A stretch of DNA of 64,000 nucleotides from an uncultured Actinomycetes bacterium (GTDB lineage: Bacteria; Actinomycetota; Thermoleophilia; Gaiellales; JALYLC01): contig CAVPLI010000002.1 in the NCBI GenBank assembly GCA_963705965.1, positions 66,500 through 130,499 of the forward strand, read 5' to 3'. The position numbers were made by a program, and so were the translations under genes. Below, piece by piece: positions 27,602-36,067 of the stretch; the first letter of the stretch is position 1, and every line of letters begins with the position of its first letter. A model generated the notes under the pieces. The model had not been told where the DNA came from. It searched no databases and was given only the letters and a program-made list of their open reading frames with translations.

Positions 27602-27858
27602 GGCCGACCTACCACGTGCGGATCGAGTACTGCGTCCCCTGAGGGGCGTCGCCGAACGCCGCCAGTCTGGCGGCGCGCATCGTCGAGGGATGGTCGCCGA
27701 TCCTGACCGCCGTCGAGCTCGTGCCCGGGACCGGCGGTGTGTTCGACGTCGACGTCGACGGCGAGCGCATCTTCTTCAAGAAGATGATCGGCCGCTATCC
27801 GCAGCCGGACGACGTTCTGCCGCTCCTGCGCGAGCGCATCGGGCCCGAGGTGCTGTAG
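27598..27858 (+). CDS. Rdx/SelW-like selenoprotein candidate (TGA 27640-27642 read as selenocysteine)
   Basis: MRPTYHVRIEYCVP-U-GASPNAASLAARIVEGWSPILTAVELVPGTGGVFDVDVDGERIFFKKMIGRYPQPDDVLPLLRERIGPEVL. It has a CxxU redox motif and Rdx-type downstream blocks. GC3-rich codons continue in-frame past the TGA. There is an ATGA overlap with the upstream stop and a hairpin 15 nt after the TGA. Confidence 0.7.
27657..27675 (+). other. SECIS-like hairpin downstream of the in-frame UGA
   Basis: CGCCGCCA-GUC-UGGCGGCG: 8-bp stem with G and U in the apical loop. The loop lies about 25 nt from the UGA. Confidence 0.55.
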
Positions 27859-27869
27859 TCCGTCCCGGG

Positions 27870-28904
27870 TCAGGCGAGGTCGCCCTGGAGGGCGCCCGCG
27901 TCGACGACCACGCGCCCGTCGAGAGCAACCGTGCAGCCGCGCATCGGCAGGTCGAAGTGGCCGGCCGTGTAGCGGCCCGCGTTCTCGTTGGCGCCGGTCG
28001 AGAACAGGAAGTTGCCGGCGAACGCGCGCGCCTCGGTGCCGTTGATCTGCGCCTTGTCGTAGAGCTCGAGGTAGTCCCAGCGCGCGTTGCGGTTCATGCC
28101 GAAGCCGACGTGGCTGACCGCGTAGCTCTCACGGTCGCCGAATGCCGCGAGGTAGGAGCGGAAGAGATCCGCGTCGAGCCCATCGCCCTCGATCGCGACG
28201 ACGTGGTCGTCCTCGATGCGCAGCGTCACGGGCTCGCGGACGTACGTCTTGAACGTGAGGTTGATGTCGCCCGGTGCGAGCACGACGGTGCCCTCGACGC
28301 AGTGCGCGGCCGGGAACGCGAGGCAGAGGCCCCCGGGCCAGTGCGCGATCGTGCCCGGCTCGGTCGCGACGCCGGACGACCCGGCTCGGAACGCGCCGTC
28401 GAGCTTCGCGGTGAGATCGGTGCCCGCGGCCGACGTCACGTGCATCACGTCTGCCGCCTCGAGCAGCGCGACCCCGCGCTCGACGCGCTCGTCCAGCGAC
28501 GGATCCTCGGCGTAGCGCTCGAAGTTCTCCGGGTGCTCGTTGCTGATCATGAGCACGCGCGCTCCGCCCTGCAGGATCGCGCCCAGCTCGGGCGCGTGGA
28601 GCAGGCCCTCGACGGTGCAGTCGATCACGAGGCCCGCGGCGGCGAGGCCTGCGATCGCTCCCGGATTGCCGGCCAGCGCGACCGAAGCCCCCGTCGAGCG
28701 CAGCGCCACCGGCCCGCGGTTGGCCGGCGTCGGGACGACGACGTCGTAGACACGGCCGCCCAGCATCTGCGCGGCCAGGCGCGCGGTCTCGACCAGCTCG
28801 GGGCGGCTCGCCGACTCCGAGAGCACCGCGACGACCTCGCCGTGGCTGAGCGCGCACTGGCGCAGGTGCCGCGCGAAGATCTCGATCCAGCGCCACTCCG
28901 TCAT
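27870..28904 (-). CDS. 2,5-dihydroxypyridine 5,6-dioxygenase (NicX)-like, aminopeptidase-T fold
   Basis: The C-terminal blocks VSHVGFGMN...ARAFAGNFLFSTGANENAGRYTAGHFDLPMRGCTVALDG match what I recall of P. putida NicX. ATG 28904 overlaps the upstream stop (ATGA). Confidence 0.85.
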   Translation of the reverse strand: MTEWRWIEIFARHLRQCALSHGEVVAVLSESASRPELVETARLAAQMLGGRVYDVVVPTPANRGPVALRSTGASVALAGNPGAIAGLAAAGLVIDCTVEGLLHAPELGAILQGGARVLMISNEHPENFERYAEDPSLDERVERGVALLEAADVMHVTSAAGTDLTAKLDGAFRAGSSGVATEPGTIAHWPGGLCLAFPAAHCVEGTVVLAPGDINLTFKTYVREPVTLRIEDDHVVAIEGDGLDADLFRSYLAAFGDRESYAVSHVGFGMNRNARWDYLELYDKAQINGTEARAFAGNFLFSTGANENAGRYTAGHFDLPMRGCTVALDGRVVVDAGALQGDLA

Positions 28905-29706
28905 CGCGCTGCCTCGACGGCGCCGAGATGCGCGCGCAGCGCGGCGTTGACCGCCTCGGGCGCCTCGACGTTCGCGATGTGGCCGGCGCCGGGAGCGACC
29001 CGGAGCACCGCGCCGGGGATGCCGTTCGCGAGCGCCTCGGCGTACGACAGCGGCGTCTCCTTGTCGTGCTCGCCGACGACGACGAGCGTCGGTGCGCCGA
29101 TCTCGCCGAGGCGGTCGCGCACGTCGTGCGTCGGCAGGAACTCGACGGCCGCGCGCAGGCCGTCGGCCGAGATCCGGGCCATCGACGCGGCAACCGCGGC
29201 GACAGCTCCCGCGTCGACGTCCGGCGCCATGATCGAGCGCAGCACGGGCTCGGCCATGCTCGCGGGCGTCTCCCCGGCGTCGAGCGCGTCGAGGCGCAGC
29301 CGCTTCCAGGCCTCGGGATCGGTGCCGTCGAGGCCGAAGGCCGGACTCGAGTCGAGCAGGACGAGCGAGCGCACGCGACCGGGATGGCGCAGCGCGGTGT
29401 GCAGCGCGATCTGGCCGCCCATCGAGAGGCCGGCGACGTGCGCCTGCGTCTCTCCGAGCGCATCGATCGAGGCCGGCGACGGAGTCCGCCAGCGCCGGGA
29501 ACGAGAGCCCGCCCGCGGGCATCGGCGACGCGCCGTAGCCCGGCATGTCCCACGCGACGCAGCGGTAGTCCGGAGCGAGCGCCGCGAGCTGGGGATCGAA
29601 GCCGGTGCGCGTCATGCCGAGCCCGTGCAGGAACAGCACGAGCGGCCCCGAGCCCGCCTCGCGCCAGGCCACCGGTGTCGGCGTCGACGTCGCGGAAATC
29701 AGACAT
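28901..29706 (-). pseudogene. alpha/beta hydrolase (NicD-like position), one or two +1 frame changes as assembled
   Basis: MSDFRDVDADT|VAWREAGSGPLVLFLHGLGMT...SFPALADSVAGL|IDALGETQAHVAGLSMGGQIALH...GAGHIANVE. The GxSxG nucleophile elbow and the HG oxyanion motif lie in different frames. Junctions are at about 29673 and 29468. The first disappears if the gene starts at GTG 29672. Confidence 0.7.
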
Positions 29707-30892
29707 GACGGTGATCTTCGAGCTCCCCGTAGAGGCCGAAGCGGCCGAGCAGCTCGAGGCACACCTCGGCGCTCCAGGGCAGCATGACCGAGCCGCAGCG
29801 GGCGTCGCGGTAGTGCTGCTCGAGCGGGAGGTTGCGCATCAGCGACCCGCCGCCGCAGGCGCGGATCGCGAGCGCGGCCACCTCGGGCGCCGTCTCCATG
29901 GCCGTGTACGAGGCCGCCCATGCGCGCCGCAGTTGCTCCGGAGTCGGGTCGAGGCCGGCTTCGGCGACGGCGCACTCCCAGAGCGACCGGCTGCGCTCCC
30001 AGGCGATCTGGATCTCGGCCCAGGCCCACTGCTTGGGCGCCACGTCGCGCCGCGCGGGAATGCCGGGCGGCGGGTTGCTGCCGAGGTAGCCCTGCACGAA
30101 GTCGACGACCGCGCGCGTGAGCCCGATGTAGGTCGGCGTGAGCGTGAGGTAGACGTGCGGCCAGCGCGCGGCGAGCTGGTCGAAGAGGCCGGTCGGCAGC
30201 AGCTCGTCGTCGGCCGCGACGTAGGCGTCCTTGAAGACGAGCGTGCGCGAGTCGGTGCCACGCATCCCGAGCGTGTCCCAGTCGCCGACGATCTCGACGC
30301 CCGGGTTGTCGGAGCGCACGGAGAGGAAGCGCAGGCCCTCCTCGCCCGGCACGCGGCAGGTGAAGTTGTAGGCGTGCGCGGCGCCCGCGAGCGACGCGAA
30401 GACCTTGCGCCCGTTGATCTCGAAGCCGCCTTCGACGGGCGTCGCCGTCGTCGCCACGCCGGCCGTCGCGCCGCGCGCGATGCCCTCCGAGAGCGGCTGG
30501 CTCATGATCGCGCCGTCCTCGAGGATCCAGCGGTAGAGCTCGGCGCGCCGCACCTCGTGGCGCTCGCGCACGTCGGCCGGCATGTCGAGGTCGTCCGCGA
30601 GGATGCCCGTCCAGAGCACCGTCTGGCTGTGCATGTTGTACGTCAGCGCCGTCGTCGGGCAGAAGCGCGCGAGCTCGGCCGAGATGTACATGTAGTCCTT
30701 GAACGTCGCGCCCATGCCGCCGTAGCGCTCGGGGATGCAGAGTCCGAGCATCCCGGCGGCGCGCAGCTCGTCGTAGTTCTCGAACGGGAACGCGGGCTCG
30801 CGGTCATACGCCGCCGCGCGCTCGGCGAACGCCGGGCCGAGCTCGTGCACGAGCGCGATCACGCGCGCGCGAAGATCGCCGGCGTGCGTCAC
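29699..30892 (-). CDS. acyl-CoA dehydrogenase-fold flavoprotein (dehydrogenase or group-D monooxygenase)
   Basis: ACAD family blocks from GTG 30892 (FPFENYDELRAAGMLGLCIPERYGG..., LGMRGTDS...). The stop overlaps the next gene's ATG by 8 nt. Confidence 0.85.
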   Translation of the reverse strand: MTHAGDLRARVIALVHELGPAFAERAAAYDREPAFPFENYDELRAAGMLGLCIPERYGGMGATFKDYMYISAELARFCPTTALTYNMHSQTVLWTGILADDLDMPADVRERHEVRRAELYRWILEDGAIMSQPLSEGIARGATAGVATTATPVEGGFEINGRKVFASLAGAAHAYNFTCRVPGEEGLRFLSVRSDNPGVEIVGDWDTLGMRGTDSRTLVFKDAYVAADDELLPTGLFDQLAARWPHVYLTLTPTYIGLTRAVVDFVQGYLGSNPPPGIPARRDVAPKQWAWAEIQIAWERSRSLWECAVAEAGLDPTPEQLRRAWAASYTAMETAPEVAALAIRACGGGSLMRNLPLEQHYRDARCGSVMLPWSAEVCLELLGRFGLYGELEDHRHV

Positions 30893-31325
30893 GTGCGCCA
30901 GATGACGTAGCCGTCGCGGGCGATGCGGAAGCCGGCGAGCTTCCCCTTCACGTAGCGGCAGGTGACACCGTTCGCGGCCGACCGGCAGCGGATCGGGCCG
31001 ATGTTCACCGACTTCCCGTAGCGCAATGTCGTGCAGTCGTTGAAGCACATCGGTCCCACGTCGCCGCGGCACGAGCCGATGATCACGCGACGGCTCCCGA
31101 GGCTGAGGTCGGCCGGTATCCAGTCGAGGTCGCAATTCGCGGGCCGAGCGCGGAGGCTCGGCCACGTCGCCTTCTTCGCGAGGCACTCGACGAACACCGG
31201 CGAGGTCCCGCCGATGCAGTTGAGGTTCCCCGACGGGCTCTTGAAGTGCACGAAGCGCGTGACCGCTCCGGCGGGGGCGGCGCCGACGGCCGCCAGCGCG
31301 AAGACGATGAGGATCGCGCGCGCAT
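30889..31325 (-). pseudogene. small secreted Cys-rich protein, start and signal peptide out of frame by one base
   Basis: The mature part is ...FVHFKSPSGNLNCIGG...CDLDW...CRGDVGPMCFNDC...CRSAANGVTCRYV. The signal peptide AILIVFALAAVGAAPAGA is in that frame but has no start codon. The only ATG (31325) is one base out, within a CGCGCGCG run. Confidence 0.55.
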
Positions 31326-31337
31326 CGCCGCGAACTT

Positions 31338-31365
31338 TAGTGCTCCATCCCGGGACGGAGCACTA
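31338..31365. promoter_or_regulatory. 28-bp near-perfect palindrome in a divergent intergenic region
   Basis: TAGTGCTCCATCCC|GGGACGGAGCACTA, 13 of 14 arm positions complementary. It is centred between ATG 31325 (minus strand) and GTG 31376 (plus strand). Confidence 0.5.
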
Positions 31366-31375
31366 GAGTGCAGCC

Positions 31376-32197
31376 GTGAACCCGCGCATCGCGTGCATCC
31401 AGCTGCGCGCCGGGCCCTCGCCCGACGACAACCTGGCCTCGGCCGAGCGACTCGTGCGGCGCGCCGCGGCGACCGGCGCCGACATCGCGCTGCTGCCCGA
31501 GCGCTGGGAGGCGTTCGGCTCGGCCGACCAGCTGCGCGAGGCCGCACAGCCCGTCGGCGGCCCGCGCCTGGTCGCGGTGCAGGGCTGGGCGCGCGAGCTC
31601 GGCATGGCCATCGTCGCGGGCTCCGTCGCCGAGCGGGTCGACGGCGACGTGCGGCTCCGCAACACCAGCGTCGCGTTCGACCGCGATGGCCGGCAGGTCG
31701 CCGCGTACCGCAAGATCCACCAGTTCGACGTCGATCTCGAGCATCAGCGCGTGCGCGAGTCCGACACCGACGCGCCCGGCACGGGGCCGGTCATGGCGAC
31801 GCTCGGCGATGTCCAGGTCGGACTCACGATCTGTTACGACCTGCGCTTCCCCGAGCTCTACCGCTCCTACGCCGTGGCCGGCGCGACGGTCCTGACCGTC
31901 CCGGCGGCGTTCCTCGAGCGCACCGGCCGCGACCACTGGGAGGTGCTGCTGCGCGCCCGTGCGATCGAGAACCAGTGCTTCGTCGTCGCCGCCAACCAGT
32001 ACGGCGCGCTGCCCGCCGGCCTCACGGCCTACGGGCGCTCGATGATCATCGATCCGTGGGGCACGGTGCTCGCGCAGGCGCCCGACGGGCACGGCGTGAT
32101 CGTCGCGGACTGCGACCACGCTGCTCTCACGCGCGTGCGCGAGCAGGTTCCCTCGCTCGCCCACCGGCGTCCGGAGGCGTACGGCTCGCCGACCTGA
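31376..32197 (+). CDS. carbon-nitrogen hydrolase (nitrilase superfamily, Nit-like amidase)
   Basis: LLPERW (catalytic Glu), YRKIH (Lys) and GLTICYDLRFPE (Cys) form the E-K-C triad blocks. Confidence 0.88.
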   Translation: MNPRIACIQLRAGPSPDDNLASAERLVRRAAATGADIALLPERWEAFGSADQLREAAQPVGGPRLVAVQGWARELGMAIVAGSVAERVDGDVRLRNTSVAFDRDGRQVAAYRKIHQFDVDLEHQRVRESDTDAPGTGPVMATLGDVQVGLTICYDLRFPELYRSYAVAGATVLTVPAAFLERTGRDHWEVLLRARAIENQCFVVAANQYGALPAGLTAYGRSMIIDPWGTVLAQAPDGHGVIVADCDHAALTRVREQVPSLAHRRPEAYGSPT

Positions 32198-32204
32198 CCT
32201 GCGC

Positions 32205-33662
32205 GTGGCGGCGGTCGCCCTCGCCGTCGGTCTCGTGCTGGCGGACGCGTCCGTCGTCATCCTCGCGCTGCCCGCGATCTACCGCGAGTTCAACGCGGAG
32301 GTCGCAGACGTCGCCTGGGTCGTCACGGCCTTCAACCTCGCGATCGCGCTCGCCGCGGTGCCCGCGGCGCGCCTCGCCACGAGGCGACCGGCCGGGCAGG
32401 TCTGCGCCGGCGGCCTCATCCTCTTCGCCCTCGCCTCGGCTGCGTGTGCGCTCGCCCCGTCGCTCCCGTTCCTGATCGCGGCCCGAGCCGTCCAGGGCGT
32501 CGGCGGAGCGATCGCGGTCTGCGCGGCCCTGGAGCTCCTACCGTCGCTGCTCGAACGTCCGCAGCCGGAAAGCACGGGGTCTGAACCGGTACGCGCCGGG
32601 TCTGGCCACGTGGGCAACGGTTCTGGCCACCTGGGCAACGGATCCGGGCCGGTGCGTACGGCGCCTGATCCCGAGCGTGCCGTTTGGCGGCCCGAGCGCT
32701 CCGCGGTGCGGATCTGGGCTGCCGCCGGCGTGGCAGGGGCGGCGCTCGGACCGGCGATCGGTGGATTGCTCACCGAGCTGATCTCGTGGCAGTCGATCTT
32801 CGTCGCGCAGGTGCCGCTGGCGCTGGTTCCGGCGCTCATCGTCTTCGGTCACGGCGCGCCGGGCGTCGCCGCTCGGGCGGGGCGGCCGCACATCGCGGCC
32901 AACATTGCGCTCGGACTGTTGTCGGCGGGTCTCGCCGCCGTGTTGTTCCTGCTCGTGCTGCTGCTCGTCGAGGGCTGGCGGATGTCGCCGATCGCCGCGG
33001 CGTTCGCCGTGACGGCGATGCCGGTCGCAGCCCTCGCGGTCGGGCCGTTCGAGCGCCGCGTGGCCAGTCCCCGCACGCGCGCGGCGGCGGGCGCGCTGCT
33101 CGGGGCGGGCGGCGTCGCCGCGCTCGGCCTGCTCCCGCACGCGGGCTGGCAATGGACGCTCGCACCTCAGATCCTCGTCGGCGCGGGGCTCGCGCTCTCG
33201 CTGGGGGCGCTCACGGAGGCGGCGCTGGCCGGGCGCTCGCCCGCGGCGATCCACGGCGGCTGGACGATCGCCGCGCGCCACGCCGGCGTCGTGCTGGGGC
33301 TCGTCCTGCTGACGCCCGTGTTCGTCGCCGACCTCGACACGCAGCGCGAGCGCGCGACGCAGAAGGGCACCGAGCTCGTGCTGGACGCGCCCGTCTCCGC
33401 GCTGCGGAAGATCGACCTCGCCCGCGAGATCTCGAACGACATCAAGGCGAACCCGGGGCGGCTGCCCGACATCAACCGCTCGTTCGACTCGGTGGGATCG
33501 AACGACGACGATCGCGCGGCGCTCGTGAAGCTCAAGGCGCAGCTCAACGATCAGCTCGACCGCGCCGCAACCTCGTCGTTCGAGCGCTCGTTCCTGTTCG
33601 CTGCGCTGCTGGCCGGCCTCGCGCTGATCCCGATCGCGCTCACGCGCGAGGTGTCGCTGTGA
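32205..33662 (+). CDS. MFS-like membrane protein with a repeat insertion in a loop and a C-terminal non-membrane segment
   Basis: DHA2-like N-terminal helices (DASVVILALPAI...WVVTAFNL...ARAVQGVGGA). Residues about 120-170 are a low-complexity insert. Confidence 0.7.
   Translation: MAAVALAVGLVLADASVVILALPAIYREFNAEVADVAWVVTAFNLAIALAAVPAARLATRRPAGQVCAGGLILFALASAACALAPSLPFLIAARAVQGVGGAIAVCAALELLPSLLERPQPESTGSEPVRAGSGHVGNGSGHLGNGSGPVRTAPDPERAVWRPERSAVRIWAAAGVAGAALGPAIGGLLTELISWQSIFVAQVPLALVPALIVFGHGAPGVAARAGRPHIAANIALGLLSAGLAAVLFLLVLLLVEGWRMSPIAAAFAVTAMPVAALAVGPFERRVASPRTRAAAGALLGAGGVAALGLLPHAGWQWTLAPQILVGAGLALSLGALTEAALAGRSPAAIHGGWTIAARHAGVVLGLVLLTPVFVADLDTQRERATQKGTELVLDAPVSALRKIDLAREISNDIKANPGRLPDINRSFDSVGSNDDDRAALVKLKAQLNDQLDRAATSSFERSFLFAALLAGLALIPIALTREVSL
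32577..32660 (+). repeat. in-frame tandem repeat, 4 x 21 bp (GSEPVRA/GSGHVGN/GSGHLGN/GSGPVRT)
   Basis: GGGTCTGGCCACGTGGGCAAC and GGTTCTGGCCACCTGGGCAAC are adjacent near-identical units, flanked by two more diverged units. Synonymous codon choice here is atypical for the window (GGT, TCT, GAA, GTA). Confidence 0.8.
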
Positions 33663-34163
33663 ACCCCCGCTTCCGGAGCCTCGCGACGCTCGCGTGCGCG
33701 GCGGCCCTGGCGGCCTCGGTGCCGCGTGACCTACCTGGCGCTCGGTGGCGGCTCCTACGACACCTCGTCGGTCCGCAACCCGTGCGCCGAACGTTCGTGG
33801 CGCGACCCCGCCGGCTTCCAGGCCGTGGCCGAGCAGATCGCGCTCTCGGCACTCGACGGCGCGGCCTGCCACTTCGGCGTCTCGCGCGAGACGCTCACGC
33901 TGGCGCTCGCGACCTCGAGCTCACGCGAGCGCTTCGCGCGCGAGCACCACGTGGACAACGGCGAGCTCGAGAACGCCGTCCGCCGCGGACTCGAGCGCTC
34001 GGTCGCCGACGCCGAGCGCGCCGGCGCGATCAGCGGCTGGCGCGCGACCGCGCTGCGCCTGGCGGCGGAGAACGTACCCGTGGAGCAGCTGGCCGATCTC
34101 GCCGAATTCCTGGGCGAGCTCGCCGGCAAGGCCGGGAACGTCCCCATTCCCGATTTCAGCTAG
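33659..34163 (+). pseudogene. putative lipoprotein, signal peptide separated from the body by a +1 frame change
   Basis: GTG 33659 (GTGA overlap with the upstream stop) opens MNPRFRSLATLAC..., which has a lipobox-like LAC. The body, ORF 33726-34163 (VTYLALGGGSYDTSS...), is in the next frame. The junction is at about 33722. Confidence 0.5.
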
Positions 34164-35419
34164 TCCCAGCGCAGCTCGAGCGTCGCCGGCCGCCGGAACG
34201 CGAAGCCGGTCGGCTCGGGGGCGTGCACGATCTCGAGACCGGGGAGCCGGTCGAAGAGCGCCGTCACGGCCATCTGGCACTGCATGCGCCCGAGGTTGAA
34301 GCCGAGGCAGTGGTGGTGCCCGTGGCTCAGCGTGAGGTGATGGCGCGCGTTGCCGCGCCGCACGTCGAAGCGCTCGGGGGCGGGGAACACGATCGGATCG
34401 CGGTTGGCCGCGACGGTGCTCACGCCGAGGAACTCGCCCTCGCCGAGCTCGATGCCGCCGAGCGCGCAGGGCACGGCCGTCCAGCGCTCGATGAAGGCGA
34501 CCGGCGGGATCAGCCGCATGCCCTCCTCGATCGCGTTGCCGGCGAAGCCCGGCTCGGCGCGCAGGATCTCGAGCTGGTCGGGGTGCTGGAGCAGCAGCAG
34601 GACCGCGTTCGCGATCGTCGACTCGACCGTCTCGATCGCGCCGAACAGGATCACGCGCAGCTGCGCGACGATCTCCTCGTCCGAGAGCCCGCGCGCAGGG
34701 TCGTTGGCGACGGCGCTCGTGATCGAGTTGTCCGGCCGGGTGCGCGAGCGCCGCACCTCCTCGAGCAGGATCGCGTTGAGGGCGTCGCGAGCCGCATCGG
34801 CGCGCCGCTGGGGCTCGGGATCGCCGTCGTAGACCATGGCGCCGGCGAACGCCTCGTAGAACTCCTGCACGCGTGCGACATCGTCGAGCGGGAGGCCGAG
34901 CACGTCGCCGGCGAGCCCGATCGCGAACGGCGCCGCGAAGTCCTCGACCAGCTCGCAGCGGCCGATCGGGGCGAGCTCGGCGATCAGCGCGTCGATGTGG
35001 CGCTGCACCGGCTCGGCGAAGCGCTCGCGCACGGAGCGCACGCGGAACGGCTCGTCGAAGGGGCGCCGCTGCCGCTCGTGCTCGGCGCCGTCGCTCGTCA
35101 GCATCATCACGCCGAGCGACGCGCGCACGAGGTTCGGCTCCGCCCACACCGTGAAGTCGTCCCGGCTGAGCAACTCGCGCGCGAGCTCGTGCGACGTGAC
35201 GAGCCAGCCGCCGAGCGCCGGCACCCACGAGACCGGCTCGAAGTCGCGCAGGCGATCGAGCGCGCTCACGCGGCTGTCCCGCTCGAGGTCGGCGAACTCG
35301 ATGGCGCCGCCGATCGGGAAGCGCGCGCTGCGCGCGGCGCTCTCGGCCTCGTCCACGACGACCTGCGGGATCAGCTCGCCCATCCGGGCGATGCTATCCG
35401 ACGGCGCATGCAGGGACAT
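34160..35419 (-). CDS. cytochrome P450
   Basis: Heme-binding loop LSHGHHHCLGFNLGR, EXXR (ETVES region) and I-helix LFGAIET. The start is uncertain (35482, 35419 or 35383). Confidence 0.88.
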   Translation of the reverse strand: MSLHAPSDSIARMGELIPQVVVDEAESAARSARFPIGGAIEFADLERDSRVSALDRLRDFEPVSWVPALGGWLVTSHELARELLSRDDFTVWAEPNLVRASLGVMMLTSDGAEHERQRRPFDEPFRVRSVRERFAEPVQRHIDALIAELAPIGRCELVEDFAAPFAIGLAGDVLGLPLDDVARVQEFYEAFAGAMVYDGDPEPQRRADAARDALNAILLEEVRRSRTRPDNSITSAVANDPARGLSDEEIVAQLRVILFGAIETVESTIANAVLLLLQHPDQLEILRAEPGFAGNAIEEGMRLIPPVAFIERWTAVPCALGGIELGEGEFLGVSTVAANRDPIVFPAPERFDVRRGNARHHLTLSHGHHHCLGFNLGRMQCQMAVTALFDRLPGLEIVHAPEPTGFAFRRPATLELRWD

Positions 35420-35650
35420 TTCGAGAGAGCGTTTGGACGCCGCTCCACCGGGGGAAAGCCCGCCGGCGGAGCGGCCCTCCAAGTACCTGTTTCAAGGCCC
35501 GCGGCCGGCCTCCCCGCCAGATAGCTCTACCGAGGCCCGCCCACTCCCGGCGGGCCTCGCCCTTTTCGTCTGCCGGCGCGCTCGATCACGGCGGCGACGG
35601 CGCCCGGGTGCGTGATGTCACCTCAAGGGGGCCGCGGCGAGGGCGACTGC

Positions 35651-36067
35651 TCAGCGCGCGTTGCCCTCGACGCGATCGATCAGCGATTCGTAGATGTCGC
35701 GGACGTCGTTGATCGCCTGCGCGATGTCCCCCGAGCTGACGGGCCCGTCCGCGTTGACGGCGTCGGAGACCTCGAGCGCCGCCCAGTACGTGGCGAGAAT
35801 CTCGCGCTCGTCGCCCTGTGCGACCGGGTCGTCCTGGTCGAGCACGTAGCCGTGCCGCCGCATCAGGCGCCCGACGAGATCGACGAGCTCGGGAAGCGCC
35901 TCGCGCGGATCCTCGTGCGCCTCTTCCCACAGCGAGGCCCACTCGCCCGCGAAGTCGTGGCGGTCGATGCCGGGGTCCCGCAACCCCGTGTTGCCGGGGT
36001 CGTCCTCGTCGGGCAGCGTCTCGATCGCGTCGATGTCGGCGGGGTCGGTGTCGTCGGGATACGACAT
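35651..36067 (-). CDS. acidic hypothetical protein (138 aa)
   Basis: GC3-rich ORF rich in Asp/Glu. No family recognised. Confidence 0.6.
   Translation of the reverse strand: MSYPDDTDPADIDAIETLPDEDDPGNTGLRDPGIDRHDFAGEWASLWEEAHEDPREALPELVDLVGRLMRRHGYVLDQDDPVAQGDEREILATYWAALEVSDAVNADGPVSSGDIAQAINDVRDIYESLIDRVEGNAR

Noticed and set aside
18690-29475. An apparent recurrence of CTC-G at several inferred insertion sites (about 18696, 24128, 27403, 29468), and of ACC-G at others (29673, 42468, 61572), suggesting a sequence-specific mechanism.
   Set aside because: The exact inserted base cannot be fixed within a few nucleotides. CTCG and ACCG are also very common strings in this codon-biased GC-rich DNA. 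Without counts against background this is not evidence of a specific process.
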